Origin: a virus
Length of the DNA: 64,000 bases
Strand: one strand, 5' to 3'
Virus record (IMG/VR): IMGVR_UViG_3300018432_000014
Coordinates: 9,488-73,487 of that record
The translations under genes and the position numbers were made by a program. The notes beneath the pieces were generated by a model, which worked only from the letters and a program-made list of their open reading frames with translations, had not been told where the DNA came from and made no database searches. Below, piece by piece: positions 48,408 through 57,819 of the stretch. The stretch's first letter is position 1. Every line of letters begins with the position of its first letter.

Positions 48408-48689
48408 ATGAGCCTGCAGCTTCTACAACTAGCAGTTCCCGCGAGTGGCGATACCGGACCCGGCGCCGGTCGAAGCGTTCGCGATCTCAGTCACAAGACC
48501 CTGCAGATCGTCGGCGGCGAGGGATCGTGGGATGTCCAAATCTCGCTGAATGGCACCGACTTCTCGACGATACTCAGTGGCGTCGACCCGGGCGGGATCT
48601 ACATTCTCGAGCACGCGTGCTCGCACGTTCGAATCAACGCTCTCGTCAACACGGTCGCGCCGGTCGTGTGGCTCGCGGGCCACAACTAA
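48408..48689 (+). CDS. Small beta-rich protein heading the structural operon
   Basis: VQ.SL.GTDF motif; upstream of the portal. Confidence 0.6.
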   Translation: MSLQLLQLAVPASGDTGPGAGRSVRDLSHKTLQIVGGEGSWDVQISLNGTDFSTILSGVDPGGIYILEHACSHVRINALVNTVAPVVWLAGHN

Positions 48690-48701
48690 AGACTGGATCC
48701 G

Positions 48702-51700
48702 ATGGCCCCTCGAGACGGCGAGATCAGCGCGGAGCAGCGCATCGAGAGTGTCGCGCAACAGCGCGACACCGTGGTCAAGGCGTACGAGATCGGGCGCGAC
48801 TACGCCGGGCTCGAGAAAGCAGAGCAGCAGAGCGAGTCGTCTGACGACACGATCATGAGCATCTCGACGGCGTTCGCTCGAGACCAGATCGAGCCGCCAT
48901 ACAGCCCGGATCACCTCTGCAAGTTGTTCGAGCATTCGGCGTCGTTGCGACAGAACGTCGACGCGTACATGACGAACATCGACGGGTTTGGACACACGTT
49001 CGATCCGGTGATTCAGCTGAAAGAAGCCGCGGGCCGCGACATGGTGCGCGACGCGATTTTCATCGAGCGATACGAGGCCGCGCATAGCGGCTCGGTGCGG
49101 CAACCGGGCGGGCCTGTGACACCGACGCCGGGCACGCCCGCGAAGCCGACGCCGGAAGTGCTGATGCCGACCGATGAAGACATCGAGGCTCGGATCGAGC
49201 AGTTGCGGGCACAGATGCGCATGGAGCGCGCGCGAGTCGAGAGCTTCTTCTCGTACTGCGTTGCCGAAGAGAGTTTCACGAGCTTGCGGCGCCGCACTCG
49301 CCAAGACATCGAGGTCACCGGGAACGGCTATTGGGAAGTGATCCGCAACGGTGTCGGCGAGATCTCGCAGTTCGTACACATCCCGTCGCGGTCGATGCGC
49401 GTGACCTCGAAGAAGGCGCACTCGGTCGAGGTGCCGCAGCTCGTGCGATTCGGTTCGCTCGCCCATCGCAAGGAAACGTTTCGCCGCAAGTTTCGCCGCT
49501 ACCTGCAGACGGGCGGCGATCATCCGATCTGGTTCAAGGAGTTCGGCGACCCGCAGATCCTCAGCTCGAAGACGGGCAAGTCATACGACTCGGTGCCAGC
49601 GCTCGAGGCCGCCGAAGTAGGCGTCCCGGAAGCAACCGAGGTGTTCCATTTCAAGATTCATGCGCTCACGACGAGTGCCTACGGTGTTCCGCGGTGGATC
49701 GGGAACCTGCTCTCGGTGCTCGGCTCGCGAGCTGCCGAAGAAGTGAACCTCGCCTATTTCGACAACAAGGCGATCCCGCCGATGGCGATCCTCGTGAGCG
49801 GCGGTCGACTCGGCGAAGAGTCAGTCAAGCGCATCGAGGATTTCGTCGAGATCCAGATCAAGGGCCGCAAGAACTTTCACAAGATCCTCGTGATCGAAGC
49901 TGAGACGACACAGGGCGCGATCGGGCTCGGCAGCGAGAACGCCGGGCACATGCGGGTCGAGATCAAGACGTTGACAGACGCGCAACTCAAAGACGGTCTG
50001 TTCCTCGCCTACGACAGCGCGAACATGGACAAGGTCGGGATGGGTTTCCGGCTGCCCCGATTGCTACGTGGCGACATTCGCGATTTCAACCGCGCATGTT
50101 ATTCGGGCGACACTGAGACGCTCACCGAGGATGGTTGGAAGCTGCATCGCGAGATCGAACCTCACGAGAAAATCGCGGTTTATGATCCCGAGGCCGCAGA
50201 ACTGCGGTTCGAAGTGCCAGCTGCGAAGCATGTGTACGAGGTCGACGAGGACCTCTATCGGTTCGAAAGCCAACACACGGACGCTCGTGTCACCGGCAAT
50301 CACAAGATGCTCGTGCGCTGTCCGCAACGCGGTTGGCAGCAAGAGCCGGCTGCATTCGCGGCAACGCGAAGCCGGCTCGAGGTGATCAGTGCGCCCGAGG
50401 TCGACCGGCACGGTTGCGCGCTCTCGAATTTCGTGTTGCCAAAGCAGTGTCAGATCGAGCGAGGGCATTCGCATGAACCGATCGCTGCGAGCGATTGGCT
50501 CGAATTTCTCGGCTACTACCTCTCCGACGGCGGTCTGCTCGAGACCGACAACCCCGGAGCCCCGTATGTCGTGTTCCTGCGACAGAAAAAAGAGCCGTTT
50601 CGAACGCAGATGCAGGCGTGTCTCGATCGCATCGGTTGGCACTATTCGACGCAGATCAAGGCCGACGGGACGAGCGTGTTCTGCATCTCGAACCGCTGCC
50701 TGCGATCGTGGTTGATCGAGGCTTGCGGAGGTCGCTCTGCAGGCCGGCGCATGCCAGAGGGTTACGCGACCGGCTTGCCTCGAGAGCAACTCAAAATCCT
50801 CTGGACTGCGATGCAGGCAGGCGATGGCTCGAGGGGCCGGCAAGACACGAACGGTGGATATTACTCGGCGTCGAAAGCGTTGATCGACGACACTCAAATC
50901 GTCGCGCTGCGGCTCGGTTTGCGGACGGTCGTTCGATGGTCGGAGAGCGCCCGAGTGTTCCAGCTCGGTTGGTCGAGCTGGAAAACGGCTCAGCTCCGTG
51001 ACAGTCATGTCGAGCGAGAGCGCTACGTCGGCGAGGTGTTTTGCTTCGAGTGCCCGGGCGCTGGATTCTTCGTCACCCGACGCAACGGCAAGATTGCGAT
51101 CCAGGGGAACAGTGCAGAGGCCGCGCTCGACTTTGCTGAAAGCCAAGTCTTCGGGCCCGAGCGTAACGACTTCGACTTCTCGATGAACAGACACGTGCTC
51201 CCGGCGCTCGGGATCCACCACTGGCAATTCAAAAGCAACGGCCCGCGCCTGAGCGACTCGCAGAGCTGGGGGGACATGATCATCAAGCTCACGACCGCTG
51301 GCATTCTGACGCCCGAGGATGCGCGCGCGCTCACGGGCACGAAGGTGCTCTCGCAAGAGTTGCCTCTCATCACGGCCGACTGGATTCGCCAGCCTCTGCC
51401 TCTGACGATCGCAGGCGTGCAGCTCGACACCTCGCTCGACAACAACATCCCGCTAGCCGCGGCAGAGGGCGCTGGAGGCGCTGGGTTGCCCGATACGACC
51501 ACGGGCCCGACGCCAGCACCGGGACTCGTCTCGGCTGCCAAAGCGCGGTTGCTGGCGCGCGCGAAAGACATGATCCGGCTGCGAGACGCGTTTCGTAAAC
51601 AAGAGACCGCTCAGGCGGTGGCCACGCACAAGAAACTGCAGGCTGCGGTCGAGGCTCAACCCGCAGACGACGAGATCGTGATCCGTATGACGGCCGAAGA

Positions 51701-51740
51701 GCTGGCGACGAATTTCGGAATCACACGCAAAGACTCATGA
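48702..51740 (+). CDS. Portal protein (PBSX/XkdE-like) interrupted by an intein
   Basis: GNGYWEV.R, HFKIH....YGVPRW, N..YFDN.AIP, F.LP....G...DFNRA|SA. Confidence 0.9.
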   Translation: MAPRDGEISAEQRIESVAQQRDTVVKAYEIGRDYAGLEKAEQQSESSDDTIMSISTAFARDQIEPPYSPDHLCKLFEHSASLRQNVDAYMTNIDGFGHTFDPVIQLKEAAGRDMVRDAIFIERYEAAHSGSVRQPGGPVTPTPGTPAKPTPEVLMPTDEDIEARIEQLRAQMRMERARVESFFSYCVAEESFTSLRRRTRQDIEVTGNGYWEVIRNGVGEISQFVHIPSRSMRVTSKKAHSVEVPQLVRFGSLAHRKETFRRKFRRYLQTGGDHPIWFKEFGDPQILSSKTGKSYDSVPALEAAEVGVPEATEVFHFKIHALTTSAYGVPRWIGNLLSVLGSRAAEEVNLAYFDNKAIPPMAILVSGGRLGEESVKRIEDFVEIQIKGRKNFHKILVIEAETTQGAIGLGSENAGHMRVEIKTLTDAQLKDGLFLAYDSANMDKVGMGFRLPRLLRGDIRDFNRACYSGDTETLTEDGWKLHREIEPHEKIAVYDPEAAELRFEVPAAKHVYEVDEDLYRFESQHTDARVTGNHKMLVRCPQRGWQQEPAAFAATRSRLEVISAPEVDRHGCALSNFVLPKQCQIERGHSHEPIAASDWLEFLGYYLSDGGLLETDNPGAPYVVFLRQKKEPFRTQMQACLDRIGWHYSTQIKADGTSVFCISNRCLRSWLIEACGGRSAGRRMPEGYATGLPREQLKILWTAMQAGDGSRGRQDTNGGYYSASKALIDDTQIVALRLGLRTVVRWSESARVFQLGWSSWKTAQLRDSHVERERYVGEVFCFECPGAGFFVTRRNGKIAIQGNSAEAALDFAESQVFGPERNDFDFSMNRHVLPALGIHHWQFKSNGPRLSDSQSWGDMIIKLTTAGILTPEDARALTGTKVLSQELPLITADWIRQPLPLTIAGVQLDTSLDNNIPLAAAEGAGGAGLPDTTTGPTPAPGLVSAAKARLLARAKDMIRLRDAFRKQETAQAVATHKKLQAAVEAQPADDEIVIRMTAEELATNFGITRKDS
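50097..51110 (+). mobile_element. Intein (338 aa) with LAGLIDADG homing endonuclease
   Basis: Starts CYSGDTETLT..GW; block B VT.NH; LGYYLSDG and AMQAGDGS; ends RRNGKIAIQGN followed by Ser. Confidence 0.9.
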
Positions 51741-53578
51741 GCATCTGGTCACGCGGTGTGGCAGCAGCCGAGGACCTTGCGACCGAGCTGCTCGGCGTGA
51801 GCGTGCACAAGGCCATCGACCCGCTCGACCCGGACGGTTTCGTCGTGATCGGCGATCGCGTGGCCGCTGCGTTGCGCAAGGCGGTTCGAGGCGGCGAGGC
51901 CGACGTCGTGCGCGGCGCCCTCGATGCGCTCAACATCGATTGGAACAAGGCCTCTCCGAACGCAGTCGACCGGGCGATCGAAGCCGCGAAAGTTTCGATC
52001 AAAGCGCACTACGAAAAGTTCGTGCTGCCGAAGGTCAACGACACGCTCGAGTTACAGGGTCCGATCCTGATGAAGGGCGTCAAGCGGGCCGTGATCGCTC
52101 GCGAGCAGATCGAGATAGCCCCGGTGCTCACGCTGCGAGATGAGGGCGCCGAGACCGCGATCCGACGGCAGCACGTCAACTTCATTCGCAACGGCGCGGG
52201 CAAGCGGCTCGAGAGGATGAGTGAAGAAGCCAGAGCCATCGTTGCTCGAGGCTTTTCGGAGGGCCTCGGTCGCAACGTCATCGGGCGAGACCTCAAAGAC
52301 CATTTCACTGATCGGATCGTGCGACCCGACTCGTATTGGAACGTCGTAGCGAGCGCGTACATCGGTCGAGCACGGTCGACGTCGCAGGTCTACGCGTACG
52401 AGGATGCGGGGATCCAGACGTTCGAGGTCGTCGCGGTGCTCGACGAGGTGACGACCGATCAGTGCCGATTCATGGACGGCAAGGTGTTCACGATCCGATC
52501 GGCTCGCCAGATCCTCGATACGGTCGAAGACATCGAGGATCCCGAGGACGTCGTGCTCGCGAATCCGTGGATTCGAAAGGGCCGAGATCCCGCAGGTGGT
52601 ATGCGGCTCTTCGTGCCGACGAAAGGCGGGGGAACAGAAACGCTGGCGAAGATCGATCGCAGCGGCCTCGGCAAGCTCGACGACAAGGGCTCATTCTCGG
52701 GCGGCAAGAGCGCTGCCGGCATGAGCAAGCTCGGTGTTTCGATGCCGCCTTATCACGGGCTCTGCCGAACGGTGATCGTCGCTGGCGCAGAGATGTCCGA
52801 AGAGAAGCCGGTGCGTGCGCCGAGAGCGAAGCCAGCGCCGAAACCGAAACCGAAGCCGCCGCCCGGTGCCATGGGTGCCGGTGTGTTGCCAGATGTTCCG
52901 AGACCGTCTGCAGCTCTGAAGAAGAAAGCTTCGACATTGCATACTGAGTCACCGCGTTTCTACTACGACAGCAAGAACACGCCGACCTCGCCAGAAGCGT
53001 TGCTCGAGTTTCGAGCTGGTAAGTGCATGGCGTTGATGTCTTCGCCAGAGACCAAACGCGAGTACGCAGATTGGATGTCTTCGTGGGTCGGTCGAAGCAC
53101 AAAAGAGCTTGCGACGAAGGCGCGAAAAGGCGTGCTCGTCGAGAAGACAGCTGCGCAAGATGGCTATCTCGCAACGCAGGCCTGGATCGAAGCGCACATG
53201 CCCGAGTTGCGGAAGCCGCGCGTGATCAACGGCGTGGATGCTCCGCCGCTCATCGACGAAGACGGGTTTGTAACGCTCTTTCGAGGCGTGCACGGGCAGC
53301 CTGCACGAGAGTGCCGCAAGGCTCACTCGAAGAAGGAAACCCCCAAGCTCGAGATTCGCGATGCTGCGTCATGGTCGGAGGATCGCGATATCGCTCGCAG
53401 CTTCACTTTCGGCGGTGATGACGGTGTCGTGTTGATGCAAAAAATCCACTACACGCGTGCTTTCAGCTGCTTTCGCGCAAATGGGTCGGGTTGGATCGGC
53501 AACAACGAGCAAGAGTGGACGATGCTGCATGACGACGACTTTATTGAGGTAAATGTCGTAGAACTGATGACACGTTGA
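51737..53578 (+). CDS. MuF (gpF/gp7-like) minor head protein with C-terminal ADP-ribosyltransferase-like domain
   Basis: AVLDE.TT.QCR.MDGK.F and PPYH.LCRT; Pro/Lys linker; LFRG, SWS...IA..F, EQE. Confidence 0.8.
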   Translation: MSIWSRGVAAAEDLATELLGVSVHKAIDPLDPDGFVVIGDRVAAALRKAVRGGEADVVRGALDALNIDWNKASPNAVDRAIEAAKVSIKAHYEKFVLPKVNDTLELQGPILMKGVKRAVIAREQIEIAPVLTLRDEGAETAIRRQHVNFIRNGAGKRLERMSEEARAIVARGFSEGLGRNVIGRDLKDHFTDRIVRPDSYWNVVASAYIGRARSTSQVYAYEDAGIQTFEVVAVLDEVTTDQCRFMDGKVFTIRSARQILDTVEDIEDPEDVVLANPWIRKGRDPAGGMRLFVPTKGGGTETLAKIDRSGLGKLDDKGSFSGGKSAAGMSKLGVSMPPYHGLCRTVIVAGAEMSEEKPVRAPRAKPAPKPKPKPPPGAMGAGVLPDVPRPSAALKKKASTLHTESPRFYYDSKNTPTSPEALLEFRAGKCMALMSSPETKREYADWMSSWVGRSTKELATKARKGVLVEKTAAQDGYLATQAWIEAHMPELRKPRVINGVDAPPLIDEDGFVTLFRGVHGQPARECRKAHSKKETPKLEIRDAASWSEDRDIARSFTFGGDDGVVLMQKIHYTRAFSCFRANGSGWIGNNEQEWTMLHDDDFIEVNVVELMTR

Positions 53579-53609
53579 CGACGTGTCCCGGATATGGGAT
53601 TATTGCTCA

Positions 53610-53870
53610 GTGGGGATTCTCAAAATGACCGACGTGATCAAACTGCCCGACGAGCAACACGACTGGCTCGGCTCGATGCGACTCAACGCGTTGCGCGAGC
53701 GAGGTTGGACAGGGTCGGCTCTTGAGTTTCGTGTGATGGCAGATCGGCTCAATGCGGACCCGATCGCAGGCGGTTTCACAGAGCCGGCAGAAGAAGACCG
53801 GATCGAAGCCGAGCGAATCGAAGCGGGCGCGTTGCAGATCTCGGACCCGCATTCCGACGACGATAGCTGA
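53610..53870 (+). CDS. Small acidic protein, candidate immunity protein, with its own class II promoter
   Basis: TTGACG (53575), 17 nt, GATTAT, 6 nt, GTG; GTCCCGGATATGGGAT in the spacer. Confidence 0.5.
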   Translation: MGILKMTDVIKLPDEQHDWLGSMRLNALRERGWTGSALEFRVMADRLNADPIAGGFTEPAEEDRIEAERIEAGALQISDPHSDDDS

Positions 53871-53955
53871 ATCGAGGGACACAAGCGCTGGCGATGTGGG
53901 CGGATAGTGCGCCTGGAAATCGACAGCGAGTGCGCGAGCCCGGTAGGGCTTTCGT

Positions 53956-54255
53956 ATGGCCGGTGAGCTGATCGAGTTGTTCGTCGACAAGACGCTCGGG
54001 CGTCGCGTGTTGACGAAAATCCAAGACGTGATCTCGACCTCGTTCGTCGACGATCGTTCTCGCATCACTCGAGCTGAGACGATACGGCGATTCAAGATCG
54101 TCGAGACGCTGTTCCGCGAGTTGCGGGCCGAGGGTTGGCCTCATCAACGCATCCTCGATGTGATGCCCGAGGCTCTGCGAAGCAAGCTCGACGGCACGCC
54201 ATGGGAGCCAGACTTCACTCGCAACGTTTGGATGCCGAGCGGTAGTCGCGGTTGA
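53956..54255 (+). CDS. Hypothetical protein
   Basis: 99-aa ORF in the head module. Confidence 0.65.
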   Translation: MAGELIELFVDKTLGRRVLTKIQDVISTSFVDDRSRITRAETIRRFKIVETLFRELRAEGWPHQRILDVMPEALRSKLDGTPWEPDFTRNVWMPSGSRG

Positions 54256-54324
54256 CGGACGCGTCACAAGTTGCGCCGGTCAGTCGATCGAGCATCTACT
54301 TGCCGGCTAAGGGAGCCCGACAGA

Positions 54325-55086
54325 ATGCCGACCTTTGCAGAGCAGATCGCCGCTACGAACGCCAAACTCGACGCACTGATCGCCGGGCCGCCGCCGCCCG
54401 CGCCGCCTGCACCCGAAGAGTTGAAGCTCACTCCTGCAGAGGCGCTCGCGACGATCACGGCCGAGCTGAACAAGAGTGACACGACGCCAGATCGCGCGAC
54501 TTACCTCAAGTCGGTACTCGCCGAGATCGCCAAGTCGCACTGGGAAGCGACCTCGTTCATTCAACTCAAGGTGTTGCACGACCCGCTTCTGCAGGTCGCG
54601 ACGACGACGGTTACCCCGGTCGCGAATGCGAGCACGGGCCCGGCAGCCACTGGCTTCTCGAGCAACGCGCCATTGACCGGCATGGCCAAAGCTCAAGAGA
54701 TGCAGAAGCTGATCGTCGACCGCGATGCGCTCAAGAAGGCGATCGAGAAGTCGCGGCTCACGGACAAGATGGCCGAGATCAAGACCGTCTTTCAGATCGC
54801 GGACACCGAGATGGAGAGCGAGTACGACCTGCGATGGAAGATCGGCGATATCGTCGACATGCTGCAGAAGGCGATCAAGCTGGAGCAGTTCGTCGGGGAT
54901 CCGATGCTCGCGCCGGTCGCGGCGCCGTATGCACCTCCGGGCACGACGCCCCCAACGCCGACGAGTTTCACGGCGAATGATAAGTCGCCCTGGCCCGCCG
55001 ACATGGCGAAAGCCAAGTTCGACGACAAAGAAGGCCTTTTCAAGGCCGAGCTGCCCTCTTGGGGCCGTGACGGCGAGAAAGCCTAA
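54325..55086 (+). CDS. Hypothetical head-associated protein
   Basis: GGGAG SD; WP.DM motif shared with the scaffold C-terminus (WGMDM). Confidence 0.7.
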   Translation: MPTFAEQIAATNAKLDALIAGPPPPAPPAPEELKLTPAEALATITAELNKSDTTPDRATYLKSVLAEIAKSHWEATSFIQLKVLHDPLLQVATTTVTPVANASTGPAATGFSSNAPLTGMAKAQEMQKLIVDRDALKKAIEKSRLTDKMAEIKTVFQIADTEMESEYDLRWKIGDIVDMLQKAIKLEQFVGDPMLAPVAAPYAPPGTTPPTPTSFTANDKSPWPADMAKAKFDDKEGLFKAELPSWGRDGEKA

Positions 55087-55824
55087 GTGCCAGAGGCAAC
55101 GTTCAAGTCGGCGATCGCAGGGGCTCTCGCTCTCGTACCCGAGGGCCCCGATACCGTTGTGGTCGACGGCGGCGACGAAGCGGCCGACGTCATGACGTTG
55201 ATCGCGACCGCGCAGCAGTCGGGCTCATCGTGGGTCGTTGAGATCCCGCAAGTTGGCTCGATGCTCGAGAAGCTCTCGAAGCAAGAGAACCTCTCGGTGT
55301 TCTACATCGAGGCGTTGCCGGGCAGTCTCTTCGTGACATGCGAGCCACTCGCGGCGGGCCGCAGTAGCGTATTGATGAGCAAGGGCGTGATCGGCTACAC
55401 CGCGCCCGAGCCGCCGCCCGAGATCAAGCCGGGGCACGAAGCGACGCACAAGCGGATCACCAAGCTGCTCAAGACTGAAGAAGAGCGCTATGTGCTCGGC
55501 GTCGTGCTCGTACCGGAACACGCCGACTCGCAAGGCGACATCTACTCGCACGAAGAGGTCCGCAACGCGGCTCACGTGTACATGGAAAAGGCTCAGGCTC
55601 TCGGCAAGCAACACGGCGAGATCGTGACGGGCAAGCTCAAGATCCTCGAGAGCTACGTCGCACCGGTCGACTTCGTGCTCGAGGCAGAGACGATCACAAA
55701 GGGCACGTGGATCCTCGGTATCCGAGTCGTCGATGACGACCTCTGGACCGAGGTCAAAAAGGGGAGCTTTACCGGCTTCTCGATCGGCGGCGAGGCGTAC
55801 CGCTCACCCGAGTCACGCGGGTAG
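55087..55824 (+). CDS. XkdF-like prohead protease
   Basis: EERYVLGVVL.P...D.QGD, QH, ESY.AP.D, GTW.LG..V.DD.LW..VK.G..TGFSIGG. Confidence 0.85.
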   Translation: MPEATFKSAIAGALALVPEGPDTVVVDGGDEAADVMTLIATAQQSGSSWVVEIPQVGSMLEKLSKQENLSVFYIEALPGSLFVTCEPLAAGRSSVLMSKGVIGYTAPEPPPEIKPGHEATHKRITKLLKTEEERYVLGVVLVPEHADSQGDIYSHEEVRNAAHVYMEKAQALGKQHGEIVTGKLKILESYVAPVDFVLEAETITKGTWILGIRVVDDDLWTEVKKGSFTGFSIGGEAYRSPESRG

Positions 55825-55882
55825 TTTCATTGCGGTGCGGATCCGCACTCAGTTACGTTGATCGACAAGAGGGCTGAACTGT

Positions 55883-56734
55883 ATGACACACCGACAGCGA
55901 GTGCGGGTCCGCAAAGAGGAACCGGCTGCAGGCGCAAAGACTCGATTGACGGAGATCGTCGTCAACGAAGTCTCGATCGTCGATCGCGCTGCAAACCAGC
56001 GGAAGTTTCTCGTCGTCAAGGCGGACCCACCGGCGCCGCCCGCGCCGCCCGCGCCGCCCGCAGCGACGCCGCCCGCGGCTGCACTGCAGATGTCGCCAGA
56101 GTTCAAGGCGACCGTGGCTCAGGTGCTCAAGAGTGCGACCGAGAAGATCGCACTCGTCTCGAGGGCTCTCGAAGGCGCAGTCGAGACACCTGGAGCCCCT
56201 CCGCCGCCCGAGCTACTGCAGCAGATGGTCGCGATCGGCGGTCTCTTCGCAGCCAAGCCGACGGCGCCAGCGGCCCCTCCGCCGCCCGCGCCAGCTGCCG
56301 CGCCGACCTTCAAGGCCGGTCGCAAGATCAGCGCGGCTCGTCTGGCGCAGCTCAACGCAGCCAAGCTCGCGATCGACAGCGTGATCAACGACGTCGCAGA
56401 GCCCGACGACAGCGACGACGACGACAAGGACACCGACAAGGGTGCGCCCGACAAGACGACGAAGAGCGACGAGCCTGTTCCTACGCCGCCCGCGGCATCG
56501 CCCGAGATGACGGCGATCCAATCCGCGGTCGCTGCACTCGCTGCGAGCATGGAAAAGATGACGCTCGTTTTCGACGCGCAGAATAGCCGCCTCGAGTCGC
56601 TCTCGAAGTCACGCGGCGAGAGCCGACAAGTCGACATCGACAAGGCCGCGCCCAAGCCAGCCAAGCCCGTCGTTTGGGGCATGGACATGAACAAGCCGCT
56701 TCCGACCGATGCGCCGATCGAGCGCAGTTTCTAA
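55883..56734 (+). CDS. Scaffolding protein
   Basis: N-terminal EVSIVDRAAN.RKF.VVK; K.GRKIS.A; Pro/Ala-rich; precedes the capsid gene. Confidence 0.75.
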   Translation: MTHRQRVRVRKEEPAAGAKTRLTEIVVNEVSIVDRAANQRKFLVVKADPPAPPAPPAPPAATPPAAALQMSPEFKATVAQVLKSATEKIALVSRALEGAVETPGAPPPPELLQQMVAIGGLFAAKPTAPAAPPPPAPAAAPTFKAGRKISAARLAQLNAAKLAIDSVINDVAEPDDSDDDDKDTDKGAPDKTTKSDEPVPTPPAASPEMTAIQSAVAALAASMEKMTLVFDAQNSRLESLSKSRGESRQVDIDKAAPKPAKPVVWGMDMNKPLPTDAPIERSF

Positions 56735-56798
56735 ACCCCGAACCTGACTGATCACCGTTTGAACGGGCGACCCGACCGGGCGCTCTTTGGAGATTTCC

Positions 56799-57734
56799 GT
56801 GCAAGCAAACAAGACGATCCTCGAAAAAGCCGACATGGCTCTAGGCGACCTGACGGCCGGAGGGTTGCTCTTGCCGGCTCAGGCTCAGAAGTTCATTCGC
56901 ATCCTCATCGACGAGGGCAAGCTAATGAAGCTTGCGACCGTTACGCCGATGAAGTCGCACACGCAGGAGATCAACAAGATCAAGTTCGGCACTCGTGTGC
57001 TACGCGCCGGGCAAGAGAACACGGCACTGCTCGCGGCCGAGCGTGCGAAGCCGACGACGAGCAAGGTCTCGCTCGTTGCGAAGCTCTTCAAGGGTCAGGT
57101 CAATCTGACCTACGAAGTGCTCGAGGACTCGATCGAGCAAGAGACTCTGAAGACGACGATCATGCAGCTGATGGGCGAAGCCATCGCTCGCGACATCGAC
57201 GAAATTCTCGTGCGTGGCGATACGACGCTCGTAGCCGATCCGTTTCTCGCGCAGTTCGACGGCGTGCTCCGACAGGCGGTGAGCAACATCGTCGACGCGT
57301 CGCAGACGTCGCTTACGAAGTCGATTCTGCGCGACATGATCAAGGCAATGCCGAGCGCATTCCTGCGCAACAAGCAGGACCTGCGATTCCTCACGTCGGT
57401 CGATGCAGAGATCGACTATCGCGACTCGATCAGCAACCGCATGACCGACAAGGGCGACAAGGCTCTCGACGGCGCAGCGCCGGTCGGCTACTCGGGCATC
57501 CCGGTGATCGACGTGCCTTTGTTCCCTGAGAACCTCGGCGTCGGTACCAACGAGACGGACATCTTGTTGCTCGACCCGAAGAACATCAACGTCGGCATCT
57601 GGCGCAACATCCAGATCGAGACCGACAAGGACATCGAGGCCGGTCGCGTGATCATCGTCGTGACGATGCGCATGGACATGAAGTTCATCGAAGAGACCGC
57701 GGTCGTCAAAGCTGTCGGCGTGACTGTTTCCTGA
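56799..57734 (+). CDS. Major capsid protein (HK97 fold, XkdG-like)
   Basis: GG.L.P.QA.KF, EVLED.IE, GD......FL..FDG, P.NI..GIWR.I.IE. Confidence 0.9.
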   Translation: MQANKTILEKADMALGDLTAGGLLLPAQAQKFIRILIDEGKLMKLATVTPMKSHTQEINKIKFGTRVLRAGQENTALLAAERAKPTTSKVSLVAKLFKGQVNLTYEVLEDSIEQETLKTTIMQLMGEAIARDIDEILVRGDTTLVADPFLAQFDGVLRQAVSNIVDASQTSLTKSILRDMIKAMPSAFLRNKQDLRFLTSVDAEIDYRDSISNRMTDKGDKALDGAAPVGYSGIPVIDVPLFPENLGVGTNETDILLLDPKNINVGIWRNIQIETDKDIEAGRVIIVVTMRMDMKFIEETAVVKAVGVTVS

Positions 57735-57819
57735 ATCTCGGGTTGCGCTCTCAGGCGCGCACCGAGAGGGGCCGCCGACCAACCGGTCTGGCGGCTCTGT
57801 TATTTGAAAGGACCGAACG

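Noticed and set aside
57735-57812. Hairpins after the capsid gene and at 59095-59163 as novel ncRNAs
   Set aside because: Adequately explained as ordinary attenuator or mRNA-stability structures in a late operon.
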